A DNA stretch of 64,000 nucleotides from Nitrospirota bacterium (GTDB lineage: Bacteria; Nitrospirota; Thermodesulfovibrionia; Thermodesulfovibrionales; UBA1546): positions 619-64,618 of the forward strand of contig JACQXE010000051.1 of NCBI GenBank assembly GCA_016208915.1, given 5' to 3'. The translations under genes were made by a program, and so were the position numbers. The first letter of the stretch is position 1. The number at the start of each line of letters is the position of its first letter. The notes beneath the pieces are model-generated. The model had not been told where the DNA came from. It made no database searches and saw nothing but the letters and a program-made list of their open reading frames with translations. Shown here one piece after another: positions 44,280-54,678 of this stretch.

Positions 44280-45256
44280 ATCTCAATGCTATTCTTCATG
44301 GCGATTGTTTAGAAATCCTGCGCACGATTCCAGACAATAGCGTGGATATGACTTTCGCTGATCCACCATTCAACCTTAACAAAAAATATAACAGTTACAG
44401 TGACCGCAGGAGCTTGGATACTTATTTGTTTTGGTGTAAGCAGTGGCTTACTGAAATGGTTCGTATTACAAAACCAACCGGCAGTATTTTTGTCCATAAT
44501 ATCCCAAAGTGGCTTACATATTATGCTTCATTTCTTAATGAGATTGCCGACTTTAAACATTGGATTTCGTGGGATGCAATGAGCACACCACTTGGAAAAT
44601 CTTTGATGCCTACTCATTATGGCATTTTGTTCTATGCAAAAGACAGAAAGTTAAACAAGTTTTATGAAGTCCGCCATCCGCATAAGCGTTGCCGAAAGTG
44701 TAATGTACTCTTGAAAGATTACGGGGGCAAGAAAGCCGGGCTACATCCATTTGGACCTTTGCTTTCTGATGTTTGGACAGATTTACACAGAATCAAACAC
44801 GCTAAAAATAGAGATGCACACCCGTGTCAGCTACCCGAAACAATTCTTGAACGTCTGATTCTAATGACTACTGACGAAAGGGATATCATTCTTGACCCTT
44901 TTAATGGAACGGGAACAACTGTAATAGCTGCAAAGCGTCTTGGAAGAAAATACATCGGGATTGAACTCGACAAACAATATGTTGCTATTGCTGAAGAAAA
45001 GCTCAGAAATGTTCGGCCAGATTCTCATATTGAGGGTGTTTGGGTTAGCAAGTATCTTAATGGAATAGCTACCATTCGAGATAAAGACTGGGATGTTCTT
45101 CAATCGCATTTTGACATTCCCAATCCAATTCCTCTGCTTGAATATAAAAACATTGTTTATAAAAATGGGAAGATTCATAAACATACACATATCATGGACA
45201 AAACAGAGAATCTTCTTGTGCTTTCATTTGATGATGTGATGTTTGTAGAGAGGTAG
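44276..45256 (+). CDS. Beta-class DNA amino-methyltransferase
   Basis: FADPPFN, HPCQLP, LDPFNGTGTT. Confidence 0.9.
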   Translation: MNLNAILHGDCLEILRTIPDNSVDMTFADPPFNLNKKYNSYSDRRSLDTYLFWCKQWLTEMVRITKPTGSIFVHNIPKWLTYYASFLNEIADFKHWISWDAMSTPLGKSLMPTHYGILFYAKDRKLNKFYEVRHPHKRCRKCNVLLKDYGGKKAGLHPFGPLLSDVWTDLHRIKHAKNRDAHPCQLPETILERLILMTTDERDIILDPFNGTGTTVIAAKRLGRKYIGIELDKQYVAIAEEKLRNVRPDSHIEGVWVSKYLNGIATIRDKDWDVLQSHFDIPNPIPLLEYKNIVYKNGKIHKHTHIMDKTENLLVLSFDDVMFVER

Positions 45257-45299
45257 AGCGATTGGAAAAGTCTGAAGCTAAATAGGATAAGGAGATTTA

Positions 45300-46358
45300 A
45301 TGGTAAAGGCAATAGAATGGAAAGACGGCAAGGTCATAATGCTTGACCAGAGCAAACTGCCGATAGAGGTGCAATATATAGAATGTACAAATTATGAGAT
45401 TATCGCTGAGGGCATAAGAAAACTCTGGATAAGGGGTGCTCCTGCAATTGGAATCGCTGCAGCAATGGGGATTGCGCTTGGTGTACAGGATATAAAGGCA
45501 AAGAGCTATAAAGAACTCATCAAAGGGCTTGACCCTGTATTTAATACATTGCTTTTAACAAGACCGACTGCAGTAAATATAAAATGGGCTGTTGAAAGGA
45601 TAAAGAAATTTCTTCGTGATAATAAAAATGAATCAGTTCAGAGACTGAAAGAACTCCTTATCGAGGAGGCACAGAAGATACACAAAGAAGACATAGAGGT
45701 TAACAAGGCAATTGGAAGGTGGGGATCCCAGTTTATAAAAGATGGGGATACAGTCCTTACTCACTGTAATGCTGGCAGTCTTGCAACAGGCGGATACGGA
45801 ACAGCAACAGCCCCGATACTGGTTGCAATGGAGCAGGGTAAAAAGATCCAGGTCATAGCTGACGAGACAAGACCTGTGCTTCAGGGGGCAAGGCTTACAG
45901 CATGGGAACTCATGCAGGCAGGTGTGCCTGTCACCTTGATAACAGACAATTCCGCAGGCGCCCTCATGAAAAAGGGAGAGATAGATCTTGCTATTGTAGG
46001 CACTGACAGGACTGTCAGAAACGGGGACGTAGCCAATAAGATTGGAACCTATTCGGTTGCAGTGCTATGCAAGGAGCACAAGATTCCTTTTTATGTTGCA
46101 GCGCCTATGAGCAGCATTGATTTTTCGATTCCTAAAGGAGACAGGATTCCCATAGAGGAGAGGAGCGCTGAAGAGGTTACCCATGTATTTAATAAATGTC
46201 AGATTGCTCCTGATGGGGTTCGAGTAAGGAATATGGCATTTGATGTTACACCTGCAAAATATATTACAGCTATAATTACAGAGAGGGGTGCATTCAGACC
46301 AAAAGACTTGAGAAAATTAATGAAAAAAGATATTAACCTTGATGAAATAAGGCTCTGA
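45300..46358 (+). CDS. mtnA: Methylthioribose-1-phosphate isomerase
   Basis: [35 protein letters not shown]. Confidence 0.95.
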   Translation: MVKAIEWKDGKVIMLDQSKLPIEVQYIECTNYEIIAEGIRKLWIRGAPAIGIAAAMGIALGVQDIKAKSYKELIKGLDPVFNTLLLTRPTAVNIKWAVERIKKFLRDNKNESVQRLKELLIEEAQKIHKEDIEVNKAIGRWGSQFIKDGDTVLTHCNAGSLATGGYGTATAPILVAMEQGKKIQVIADETRPVLQGARLTAWELMQAGVPVTLITDNSAGALMKKGEIDLAIVGTDRTVRNGDVANKIGTYSVAVLCKEHKIPFYVAAPMSSIDFSIPKGDRIPIEERSAEEVTHVFNKCQIAPDGVRVRNMAFDVTPAKYITAIITERGAFRPKDLRKLMKKDINLDEIRL

Positions 46359-46369
46359 AATAACAACTA

Positions 46370-47359
46370 ATGACTACTGATAGTAAAAGAATGGCTATAA
46401 AAAAGGTTTTTGATGCGTATGAGAGGGAATTAAGTCTCGTTGAGGTTAAACTTGAAGGACTGTTCCAGAGCGAAGCTCCTCTTATACCCCTTATAGGCAA
46501 GTATCTTCTTGACGGCGGGGGAAAGAGGCTCAGACCTCTTTTCCTGCTTTCGAGTGCAAGACTTACAGGATACAATGGTGATGAACATATAATGCTTGCA
46601 AGCATTATAGAGTTGATACACATGTCATCGTTGTTGCATGACGATGTAGTTGACGGCGCCCAGATAAGAAGGGGGAGGCCTGCAGCACATTCCATATGGG
46701 GAAACCAGATCGTCATTCTGGTCGGGGATTTTCTTTATTCGAATGCGCTCAAGAAAGCTGTCTCTTTCAAAAGTCAGAGGATAATGGAGGCGCTTTCCGA
46801 GGCTACAACAGGTATGACAGAGGGCGAGATACTTCAGCTTCAGAAAACTGCTGACATAAGCATTACAGAGGATGAATATATAAAAATAATTTCTGCCAAG
46901 ACAGGCTATCTAATATCAGCAGCATGCATGATAGGCGCAATACTGGGCAAAGTCTCCAGTGAAAAAGAGGATGCCCTTGCAATGTTCGGGCTTAAGGCAG
47001 GGACAGCGTTTCAGATGACGGATGATATTCTTGATTATATGGCTGAAGAGAGCGAACTTGGTAAAAGGCTTGGAAAAGACATCGAAGAAGGGAAAATAAC
47101 ACTGCCTCTGATCTATTTATTCAGAAACGCATCTGACAGCGAGAAGATAGAGATAAAACAGATAATAGGGCACTTCTCAAACGAGGGGCTGAAAAGAGTT
47201 TTATCATTGTTTAAACAGTATAAAGTTTTAGAAAAGTCGCTTAACAGGGCACGCAGAATTGTCGAGGAAGCGAAATCTCAACTCTCGGTATTCCCCGACT
47301 CTGCAGAAAAAGATCTTCTGCTCAGTATCGCTGAATATGCAATCTATAGGGAGAAATGA
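46370..47359 (+). CDS. Polyprenyl diphosphate synthase
   Basis: [23 protein letters not shown]. Confidence 0.92.
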   Translation: MTTDSKRMAIKKVFDAYERELSLVEVKLEGLFQSEAPLIPLIGKYLLDGGGKRLRPLFLLSSARLTGYNGDEHIMLASIIELIHMSSLLHDDVVDGAQIRRGRPAAHSIWGNQIVILVGDFLYSNALKKAVSFKSQRIMEALSEATTGMTEGEILQLQKTADISITEDEYIKIISAKTGYLISAACMIGAILGKVSSEKEDALAMFGLKAGTAFQMTDDILDYMAEESELGKRLGKDIEEGKITLPLIYLFRNASDSEKIEIKQIIGHFSNEGLKRVLSLFKQYKVLEKSLNRARRIVEEAKSQLSVFPDSAEKDLLLSIAEYAIYREK

Positions 47360-47360
47360 T

Positions 47361-47870
47361 ATGCATTCGCTGGTGAAACTCGCAAAAGAAGCGATTGAGA
47401 TATACGTTAAGGAAGGCTTTGAAATATCGCCTTCAACTGATCTAATCCCTGAGATGAGGGAAAAGGCAGGTGTTTTTGTTTCAATCAAAAAGCACGGAGA
47501 ACTAAGGGGCTGTATCGGGACCTTTATGCCTGTATGCAGAAATGTTGCATCAGAAATCATAAAGAATGCAATATCTGCTGCAACTCAGGATCCGAGATTC
47601 AATCCTGTTCAGCCTGCAGAGCTAAATGATTTGGTCTACTCTGTGGATATCCTTACTCCTCCTGAAGAAGTGAAGGATATAAAGAAAGAGCTTGATCCGA
47701 AAAAATATGGAGTAATAGTTTCTAAGGGTCTTAGGAAGGGATTGCTTCTTCCGGACTTGGAAGGCGTAGATACGGTTGAGGAACAGTTAAGTATCGTAAA
47801 AATGAAGGGAGGCATCTCTCAGGAAGAGGATGTAAAGATTTTCAGATTTGAGGTCAAGAGGTATAGATAA
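47361..47870 (+). CDS. AmmeMemoRadiSam system protein A (AMMECR1 domain)
   Basis: GVFVS..LRGCIGT, DPRF, GLLLP. Confidence 0.88.
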   Translation: MHSLVKLAKEAIEIYVKEGFEISPSTDLIPEMREKAGVFVSIKKHGELRGCIGTFMPVCRNVASEIIKNAISAATQDPRFNPVQPAELNDLVYSVDILTPPEEVKDIKKELDPKKYGVIVSKGLRKGLLLPDLEGVDTVEEQLSIVKMKGGISQEEDVKIFRFEVKRYR

Positions 47871-49339
47871 TGGGTAAGGAGATCCCATTAAAAGGCAGTC
47901 TTAAAAGTCAAAATCTTCCAAGGGTTCTGGTGCACCTTAACAGAAAGCGGGCAACAGGGACTCTTGAGATCAGCACGCCTTACTTTTCAAAAAAGGTATA
48001 CATAGTAAAGGGTGATGCTATCTTTGCCGCATCTACATATGAAGATGACAGACTTGGCGAGATGCTTCTTAAGGCAGGAAAGATCACAATAGAGCAGTAC
48101 GATAAGTCTGTGGAGCTTTTAAAAACCACGAAAAAACGTCAGGGTGCGATACTGGTAGAACTCGGCTATTTGACCCCAAAAGACCTTTTCTGGGGGGTTA
48201 AATATCAGGTTAGAGAGATAATCTACAGTCTCTTCCAGCTTGAGGATAACGAATATGAATTCATAGAAGGGAAAGTTCCTGCTGACGAGGTCATCACGCT
48301 TAAGATGAGCATGGGTAATCTTATTTATGAAGGTGTAAAGAGAATAGATAATTGGACAAGGATAAGAAGGGAAATGCCTGATACAGGTGCGGTTCTGAAG
48401 CTCTCAGAGGACCCGATGAGCTTATATCAGAATGTAGAATTAAGCCCTGAGGATAAGAAGATGCTTCCGCTGATAGACAGCAGTAAGACAATAAAAGAGA
48501 TTGTTGACAGCTCATGGACTAACTCATTCGAGGCGATGAAGACTCTTTATGTGCTTTTGGCTGTAGGAATCCTTGAGGCAAAAAAGGATGCGCATGAAGA
48601 GGCAAAAGAGGGCGAGATGATATCCCTTGCTGATATGCTTCAGCCTTTTGCTGAAGAAGAGGATGCATTTATAAAAAGAGTTGATGAAATTTATTCTAAC
48701 CTCGGCAGGCTCAGGCTGGATGAGCTTATTGAAGTTAATGAAGCTTCCGACCCTGAAACTGTGAAAAAGAATTATTACAGACTTATGAGGGAATTTCACC
48801 CTGATAGATGCTTCAGTGCGTCAGATACAACATTGAAGGACAAGCTTACAACTATATGTGATTCCATAACGAATGCATATGATACACTCAGGGATGATGA
48901 GAGCAGGAAGAAATATTTCAGCTCGTTTGCTGGTCCTATGAAAGGAAAAGAGATTAGCTCTGGGGAAAGGGCAGTAATCAATTTGCAAAAGGCTGAAGAA
49001 CAGTTCAAGAAAGGCGTCAAGGAGTTCAAAACAGGCAGTTTCAATGAAGCTGCTGACTCTTTCAGGGAAGCTGCAACAATAAATTCCAAACGCTCACAGT
49101 ACTGGAGCTATCTGTCATTAGCGCTTTCAAAACTTCCCAATAGATTGCAGGAGGCAGAAGATGCCCTGCTTGAGGCAATAAAGCTGGAGCCTTTAAATGG
49201 TGAAAACTATGCAAACCTTGGTCTTTTGTATCTGAAGGAAGGACTCAAAAAGAAAGCAGCAGATCAGTTTGAAAAGGCATTGAAACTTGATCCCGGGAAT
49301 GTGAGGGCACAGAAGGGATTGAAACAGTTGAAGGGATAG
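47870..49339 (+). CDS. DUF4388-like / DnaJ / TPR protein
   Basis: RLGEML, FHPD J-domain motif, C-terminal TPRs. Confidence 0.8.
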   Translation: MGKEIPLKGSLKSQNLPRVLVHLNRKRATGTLEISTPYFSKKVYIVKGDAIFAASTYEDDRLGEMLLKAGKITIEQYDKSVELLKTTKKRQGAILVELGYLTPKDLFWGVKYQVREIIYSLFQLEDNEYEFIEGKVPADEVITLKMSMGNLIYEGVKRIDNWTRIRREMPDTGAVLKLSEDPMSLYQNVELSPEDKKMLPLIDSSKTIKEIVDSSWTNSFEAMKTLYVLLAVGILEAKKDAHEEAKEGEMISLADMLQPFAEEEDAFIKRVDEIYSNLGRLRLDELIEVNEASDPETVKKNYYRLMREFHPDRCFSASDTTLKDKLTTICDSITNAYDTLRDDESRKKYFSSFAGPMKGKEISSGERAVINLQKAEEQFKKGVKEFKTGSFNEAADSFREAATINSKRSQYWSYLSLALSKLPNRLQEAEDALLEAIKLEPLNGENYANLGLLYLKEGLKKKAADQFEKALKLDPGNVRAQKGLKQLKG

Positions 49340-49340
49340 C

Positions 49341-49471
49341 ATAGAGGGGATAGCATTTTCGCTCATTCTCGGTCGTTCCGACCTCCGAGGAATTTTGCCT
49401 CTTTTATTATTTGTATTACATACTGTCTGAATATCGGCAAAATAATGCCGCTCAAATACTATTCCCTCTAT
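49341..49471 (-). repeat. Structured intergenic element, copy 4
   Basis: Same conserved core and nested stems. Confidence 0.8.
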
Positions 49472-49477
49472 AGTCTG

Positions 49478-49963
49478 TTAAGGATTATTTTTTCTCTTAA
49501 ACTCTCCGCTTTTTCCGCTTCGTTTCTCAACAAGCATAATGTCAGAGATAGTCATCTCCTTATCAACTGCCTTGCACATATCGTAGATTGTAAGGGCAGC
49601 GGCAGATACAGCAGTGAGGGCTTCCATCTCCACACCTGTCTGCCCGGTTATCTTTACCCTCGACTCAATCACTATCCTGTTTTTTCTCTTATCGAGATTA
49701 AAAGTGATGTCTGCTGATGTTATGTTCAGCGGGTGGCAGAGAGGAATAATATCCGCTGTCCTTTTGGCAGCCATTATTCCTGCAATCTTGGCAGTGCTGA
49801 GAACATCCCCTTTTTGAACGCTGCCTTCGGTTATTAGCGTGAAGGTTTCTTTCTTCATGTACACAGAGCCTTTTGCAACAGCCTCTCTCTGTGTCGAAGG
49901 CTTTGAGCCCACATCAACCATCTTGGGCAGTCCTTTTTTATCTATGTGAGTGAGTTTTTTCAT
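49478..49963 (-). CDS. moaC: Cyclic pyranopterin monophosphate synthase
   Basis: LTH, MVDV, IPLCHPL, TGVEMEAL, YDMCK. Confidence 0.95.
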   Translation of the reverse strand: MKKLTHIDKKGLPKMVDVGSKPSTQREAVAKGSVYMKKETFTLITEGSVQKGDVLSTAKIAGIMAAKRTADIIPLCHPLNITSADITFNLDKRKNRIVIESRVKITGQTGVEMEALTAVSAAALTIYDMCKAVDKEMTISDIMLVEKRSGKSGEFKRKNNP

Positions 49964-50017
49964 GAAATTAATATAACACCTGTAAAGATTTGAATCAAAC
50001 AAATATAGAAAAGATTT

Positions 50018-50683
50018 TTATTTGCAGCTGTTGCATGTGCAAGAAATGGAATTGCTTTTAGCCTTCTCGAATGCCTCCTGCCCTTCTCTGAATGAGAGCA
50101 CTGCGATAAATATTGCGCCTGCTGAATCAAGCCATCCAATGTCTGTTATTTCATAACCTATACTCGAGAAAAAAAGAACAGCAGAAAGATACATGCATGC
50201 CTTTGTGCAGTTCGCATCTGCAAGTATTGCCTGAGAATTAAGCTGCCTGCCGACCTTGAGCTTATAGTGTATAAGAAACCACATTGAAAGGATGGACAGA
50301 ACAGAGATTATAATTCCCCAGAATGTAGTCTCGGGCTTGTGCCTATTGTAAAGGTTTACCATAGAGCTTGCGATAAGTCCTGCAAAGAGGATATAAAATG
50401 CAGTGCCTGTGACTTTAAGCGCATCCTTCTCAAACCTGTCAAGGGTTTCGTTCCCGTTTCTTTTCACGCGCTTGATCATATGCCATATCCCTATACCGGA
50501 TATGACCTCAACGAAAGAATCTATGCCAAAGCCGAAAAGAGCCAGTGTGCCGTCTTCCATGCCGAAAAATACAGATACAATGCCTTCTAATATGTTGTAA
50601 AAAATCGTTATCAGAGCCAACGCATAAGCCAGATTATAAAGATGAGAGTTTTTCTTGGAAAGATTTAATGAAATCGTTGCCAT
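50018..50683 (-). CDS. Cation efflux (CDF-like) membrane protein
   Basis: FGIDSFVE, ILADA, multiple TM helices, Cys-rich tail. Confidence 0.75.
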   Translation of the reverse strand: MATISLNLSKKNSHLYNLAYALALITIFYNILEGIVSVFFGMEDGTLALFGFGIDSFVEVISGIGIWHMIKRVKRNGNETLDRFEKDALKVTGTAFYILFAGLIASSMVNLYNRHKPETTFWGIIISVLSILSMWFLIHYKLKVGRQLNSQAILADANCTKACMYLSAVLFFSSIGYEITDIGWLDSAGAIFIAVLSFREGQEAFEKAKSNSISCTCNSCK

Positions 50684-50747
50684 TTAATATTTTAACAGAT
50701 TATTCTTTTCTTGCCCCAGGATTAATTAAACGGATACAATATTGAAT

Positions 50748-50942
50748 ATGAATATAATGATTGATGAGGAAAAGTGCATTGGCTGCAGAACATGCGAGCA
50801 GATATGTCCTGCTGTTTTCCATCTCAATGAGGTGACCGGAAAGTCAGAGATTGTGGACCCTGACGGATGCGATTATGCCGGCTGCTGCGAGGCGGCAGAA
50901 GAGAACTGTCCTGTGGAGGCGATAATTCTTGGGGATAATTAA
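50748..50942 (+). CDS. Single-cluster ferredoxin
   Basis: CIGCRTCEQICP...CPVEAI. Confidence 0.88.
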   Translation: MNIMIDEEKCIGCRTCEQICPAVFHLNEVTGKSEIVDPDGCDYAGCCEAAEENCPVEAIILGDN

Positions 50943-51090
50943 TCAAGCATATTCATAGTTGTCCAAAACAAGAATTATGAAAAGGCTGAACGCTTCATAA
51001 ATACGATGAATCGACAGGATATTAAAATGTGCAACCTCGTATTTCTTCTGCATTCAGCCTTTTTGAAAATTGTTTTGAACAGTCTGATTA

Positions 51091-51238
51091 AGGATGGGTA
51101 TGGTATTTGAGCGGATTTTTTGCTCGCAATTCCTACAGCAAAAAAACAGAATATCAAAGCGGGCAAAACCTCGGAGGGCGGAACGACCGACCTGCCTGCT
51201 GGCAGGCAGGGAATGAGCGAAAATATTGTGCCCATCCT
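51091..51238 (+). repeat. Structured intergenic element, copy 5 (opposite orientation)
   Basis: TTTGAGCGG..CCTCGGAG..GAATGAGCGA with G.U-containing stems; nested CCTGCCTGCTGGCAGGCAGG. Confidence 0.8.
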
Positions 51239-51252
51239 GTATGAGTATTTAT

Positions 51253-52125
51253 TTAAATCAGCCTGTAATCCTTCAATACTTTTTTCAGCTTGTCTCTGTT
51301 TGCATCAGACATCTCGCAGAGCGGAAGCCTGAATTCTTCCTTGATTTTCCCCATCATGGCAAGGGCGGTCTTTGCCGGAATAGGATTGGTCTCTATGAAC
51401 ATTGCGGCATTCAGCGGTTCTAATTTATAATGCAGCTGCCTTGCTTTATGTATATTCCCTGCTGTCCATGCAGAGCACATCTCTGATAGATATCTTGGAG
51501 CAACATTTGCAGAAACAGATATGACGCCTTTTCCCCCGAGTGCAAGAAGAGTGAGTGTCGTAAAGTCATCACCTGATATAACTGAAATCCTGTCACCGCA
51601 GAGTCTTATAACCTCGCTTACTTGCTTCATATCACCTGTCGCCTCTTTTATGGCTACTATATTTTTTATCTCGGCAAGGCGTGCAACTGTTGAAGGAAGG
51701 ATGTTTGATGCGGTCCTTCCGGGAACATTGTAAAGGACCAGAGGAATAGCAACTGTCTTTGCAACTTCCTTATAGTGCCTGTAAATGCCTTCCTGGGTAG
51801 GCTTATTGTAATAGGGTGAAACAAGGAGTGCTGCATCTGCTCCGACCTTCTCAGCCTTCCTGGTTATCATTATTGTCTCATCGGTTGCGTTTGCTCCTGT
51901 TCCCGCAATTACAGGAAGGCGCTTGTTGACAGTCTTCACTGTTATCTCTATAACCCTGATATGTTCGTCGTAATCAAGCGTTGCAGACTCTCCTGTTGTG
52001 CCACAAGGCACAATAGCTTTGGTTCCTTCTTTTATATGCCATTCTATTAAATTACACAGTGCCTTTTCATCAACTTTACCTTTTTTGAAAGGCGTGACGA
52101 TTGCAACTATCGATCCATTGAACAT
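51253..52125 (-). CDS. dapA: 4-hydroxy-tetrahydrodipicolinate synthase
   Basis: GTTGES, YNVPGRT, IKEA, SGDD. Confidence 0.96.
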   Translation of the reverse strand: MFNGSIVAIVTPFKKGKVDEKALCNLIEWHIKEGTKAIVPCGTTGESATLDYDEHIRVIEITVKTVNKRLPVIAGTGANATDETIMITRKAEKVGADAALLVSPYYNKPTQEGIYRHYKEVAKTVAIPLVLYNVPGRTASNILPSTVARLAEIKNIVAIKEATGDMKQVSEVIRLCGDRISVISGDDFTTLTLLALGGKGVISVSANVAPRYLSEMCSAWTAGNIHKARQLHYKLEPLNAAMFIETNPIPAKTALAMMGKIKEEFRLPLCEMSDANRDKLKKVLKDYRLI

Positions 52126-52142
52126 AAGACCTCCTAACATTT

Positions 52143-52418
52143 TTAAACGAATTTGATCCCTATGCTATACGCGTTTTTGTTTTCCAAAAGGGTGCTCCAT
52201 CTTACTATTCCGACTTTATGTTCCACGCCTGTATTAAGCATTAAAACATGGCCGGGTTCAAGAGGATAATTTGTACGCATCCCCATACCTTCTTCGCTGA
52301 TGTCGGTAGAAATAGCATCCATAAGCACTCTTTTTATCTCTTTGAAGTCGAGGATGTTGACAGAGTAATCAATAGGTTTTATAAAAGGTCTCCTTTGAAA
52401 ACGCCTCATCTCCTTCAC
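52143..52418 (-). CDS. PilZ domain protein
   Basis: RRFQR and DISEEG motifs. Confidence 0.8.
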   Translation of the reverse strand: MKEMRRFQRRPFIKPIDYSVNILDFKEIKRVLMDAISTDISEEGMGMRTNYPLEPGHVLMLNTGVEHKVGIVRWSTLLENKNAYSIGIKFV

Positions 52419-53271
52419 TGATACCTCCCCTTTGGTTTATTTCCCCTGTGAATACTTCTACTGCAGGACCTGTCATGTAAACATGGTTATTGTCAGACCA
52501 TTCGATATAAAGGTCACCACCGGCAAGATGAATCGTGACATTTTTCTCTGTAAGCCTTTTGATATGCGATGCAACTGCAGATGCAGATGCGCCTGTGCCA
52601 CATGCCGGGGTTTCGCCTGCACCTCTTTCCCATACCCTCATTCTGATCTCTGATGAGTTCAACACCTCTATGAACTCCACATTTGTTTTTTTCGGAAAAG
52701 CTGCATGCCTTTCAATCATAGGTCCGTAATAAGTTACAGGGAAATCATCCAGATTGTCAACTGCTATGACAGTATGAGGATTGCCCATGGAAACACATGT
52801 GATATTGAATTCCCTGTCTCCAATTTTTAGAGGATAATCAAGCACAACTCCTAACTTTGAACTTTCAACTTTTATAGGGATCTTCTCAGGTTCAAAGACA
52901 GGCTCTCCCATATCAACCCTGACCATGTCGCCTTTTTTCTCAGGTCTTATTATTCCTGCAAGGGTTTCTATATCAAGGATGGATTTTTGGGATATGCCTC
53001 TGTCCCAGATATATTTTGCGAGGCACCTGACGCCATTGCCGCACATCTCAACTTCACTTCCGTCTGCATTGAATATCCTCATCCTGAAATCGGCAATCGC
53101 AGACGTACAAAGGAGAAGTAATTGGTCAGCGCCTATCCCGAATCTCCTGTGGCATAATTTCTTGCTTAAATCGCTGAAGGCTGAAGACTGAAGGCTGAAG
53201 GCTTGGGATATGCAATCAATGAGAATAAAGTCATTGCCGAGGCCATGCATCTTGGAAAAATGAATTGCCAT
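52369..53271 (-). CDS. dapF: Diaminopimelate epimerase
   Basis: KMHGLGNDF, MCGNG, GNPH, ERGAGETPACGTG. Confidence 0.96.
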   Translation of the reverse strand: MAIHFSKMHGLGNDFILIDCISQAFSLQSSAFSDLSKKLCHRRFGIGADQLLLLCTSAIADFRMRIFNADGSEVEMCGNGVRCLAKYIWDRGISQKSILDIETLAGIIRPEKKGDMVRVDMGEPVFEPEKIPIKVESSKLGVVLDYPLKIGDREFNITCVSMGNPHTVIAVDNLDDFPVTYYGPMIERHAAFPKKTNVEFIEVLNSSEIRMRVWERGAGETPACGTGASASAVASHIKRLTEKNVTIHLAGGDLYIEWSDNNHVYMTGPAVEVFTGEINQRGGISEGDEAFSKETFYKTY

Positions 53272-53321
53272 TATCCGGCTTTATTGATTGTTGAGCTCAC
53301 GGCTCAGCAGGAGGAGACGCC

Positions 53322-53516
53322 TCAGCCGCCACTGAAACTGCTCGGAACAGAGGTAGAAAAATCCTTTCCTTCGGAACAAGAACAGGCAAATGTAGAGAGC
53401 AGTTTTTTCGTGTCTTTGGAACTGCATTTGGGACATTTTGTGTCTGTAGTCCCCACTTTTTGCAGTACTGAGAAAGCCGCATTACATTTTTTGCATCTAT
53501 ATTCATAGATAGGCAT
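53322..53516 (-). CDS. FmdB family zinc ribbon protein (possible UGA readthrough)
   Basis: MPIYEYRCKKC...CPKC. Confidence 0.85.
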   Translation of the reverse strand: MPIYEYRCKKCNAAFSVLQKVGTTDTKCPKCSSKDTKKLLSTFACSCSEGKDFSTSVPSSFSGG

Positions 53517-53600
53517 CTATAACCCCCGCTTATAAGTTAATTATTAATTTTGCATTATCTTTGCCTTTAAAGTCAAATGCCGCTCTGTTATAATTTAGTC

Positions 53601-54614
53601 ATGAAAGAGGCAATGCTATACCAAAAGACTGGCGATAAAAAAGTCAGGTGTTTTCTGTGCGCACATAGCTGCATTATCTCGCCCGGCAAAAGGGGCATAT
53701 GCGCTGTCAGAAAAAACGTTGATGGAACCCTTTACAGCCTTGTTTACGGGAAGGTTATATCCGCAAACATAGACCCCATAGAGAAGAAGCCATTATTCCA
53801 TTTTTATCCAGGTTCTGCTTCATTTTCCATAGCAACTGTTGGATGCAACTTCAGGTGCGAACACTGCCAGAATTATGAGATATCCCAGTTTCCCAAAGAA
53901 AGGCCTGACATTTTGATCCCAGGTAATGACATGACTCCTAAAGAGATTGTTGACCTTGCATTACGGCATAATTGTAAAAGCATCTCCTATACCTATACTG
54001 AACCTACGATATTTTTCGAGTTTGCATACGACTGCGCAAAGCTTGCACATGAGAGGGGGATAAAGAATGTATTTGTCAGCAACGGATATACAAGTCCTGA
54101 GGCAACAAGGCTGATAGCGCCTTATCTTGACGGTAATAACATTGACCTCAAGGGCGGGTCAGAATTCTATAAGAGGATATGTCATGCAAAGGTCGAACCT
54201 GTCAAAAATACAATAAGGCTTATGAAAGAGCTCGGTATATGGGTTGAGATTACAACACTTATAATACCGGGACATAACGACTCTGAAGATGATTTAAGGA
54301 GTATTGTTGAATTCATAAAGTCTGTTGACACTGCAATCCCCTGGCATGTCACGCAGTTTTATCCAACATATAAATTGATAAATGTTCCCCACACGCCGCT
54401 CAAAACACTAAGATTAGCAAGGCAGATGGGCATTGAGACAGGGCTTAAGTATGTTTATGAAGGAAATGTCCCTGGCGAAGGCGGTGAAAATACCTACTGC
54501 CCAAGCTGCGGGGAATTGCTTATACAGAGATATGGCTTCAGTATAGGTGAAAACAAAATCAGTGGCGGAAGGTGCTCTAAATGTTCAGCATCAATAGAAG
54601 GGGTATGGATCTGA
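53601..54614 (+). CDS. AmmeMemoRadiSam system radical SAM enzyme
   Basis: DPIEKKPLFHF, CNFRCEHC, YTYTEP. Confidence 0.9.
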   Translation: MKEAMLYQKTGDKKVRCFLCAHSCIISPGKRGICAVRKNVDGTLYSLVYGKVISANIDPIEKKPLFHFYPGSASFSIATVGCNFRCEHCQNYEISQFPKERPDILIPGNDMTPKEIVDLALRHNCKSISYTYTEPTIFFEFAYDCAKLAHERGIKNVFVSNGYTSPEATRLIAPYLDGNNIDLKGGSEFYKRICHAKVEPVKNTIRLMKELGIWVEITTLIIPGHNDSEDDLRSIVEFIKSVDTAIPWHVTQFYPTYKLINVPHTPLKTLRLARQMGIETGLKYVYEGNVPGEGGENTYCPSCGELLIQRYGFSIGENKISGGRCSKCSASIEGVWI

Positions 54615-54678
54615 TTGACAGATCTGATTGGCAGCTTGAATTTTTTAATGCATTCTGTTAAGATTCTTTTCATAAAAC

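Noticed and set aside
51091-51238. Assignment of the structured element to hammerhead or another known ribozyme/riboswitch
   Set aside because: No CUGANGA/GAAA core or other consensus I could match by eye; left unassigned
47361-54614. AmmeMemoRadiSam genes as a novel system
   Set aside because: Known widespread families; A and radical SAM genes are about 5.7 kb apart and the Memo-like partner is not in the window
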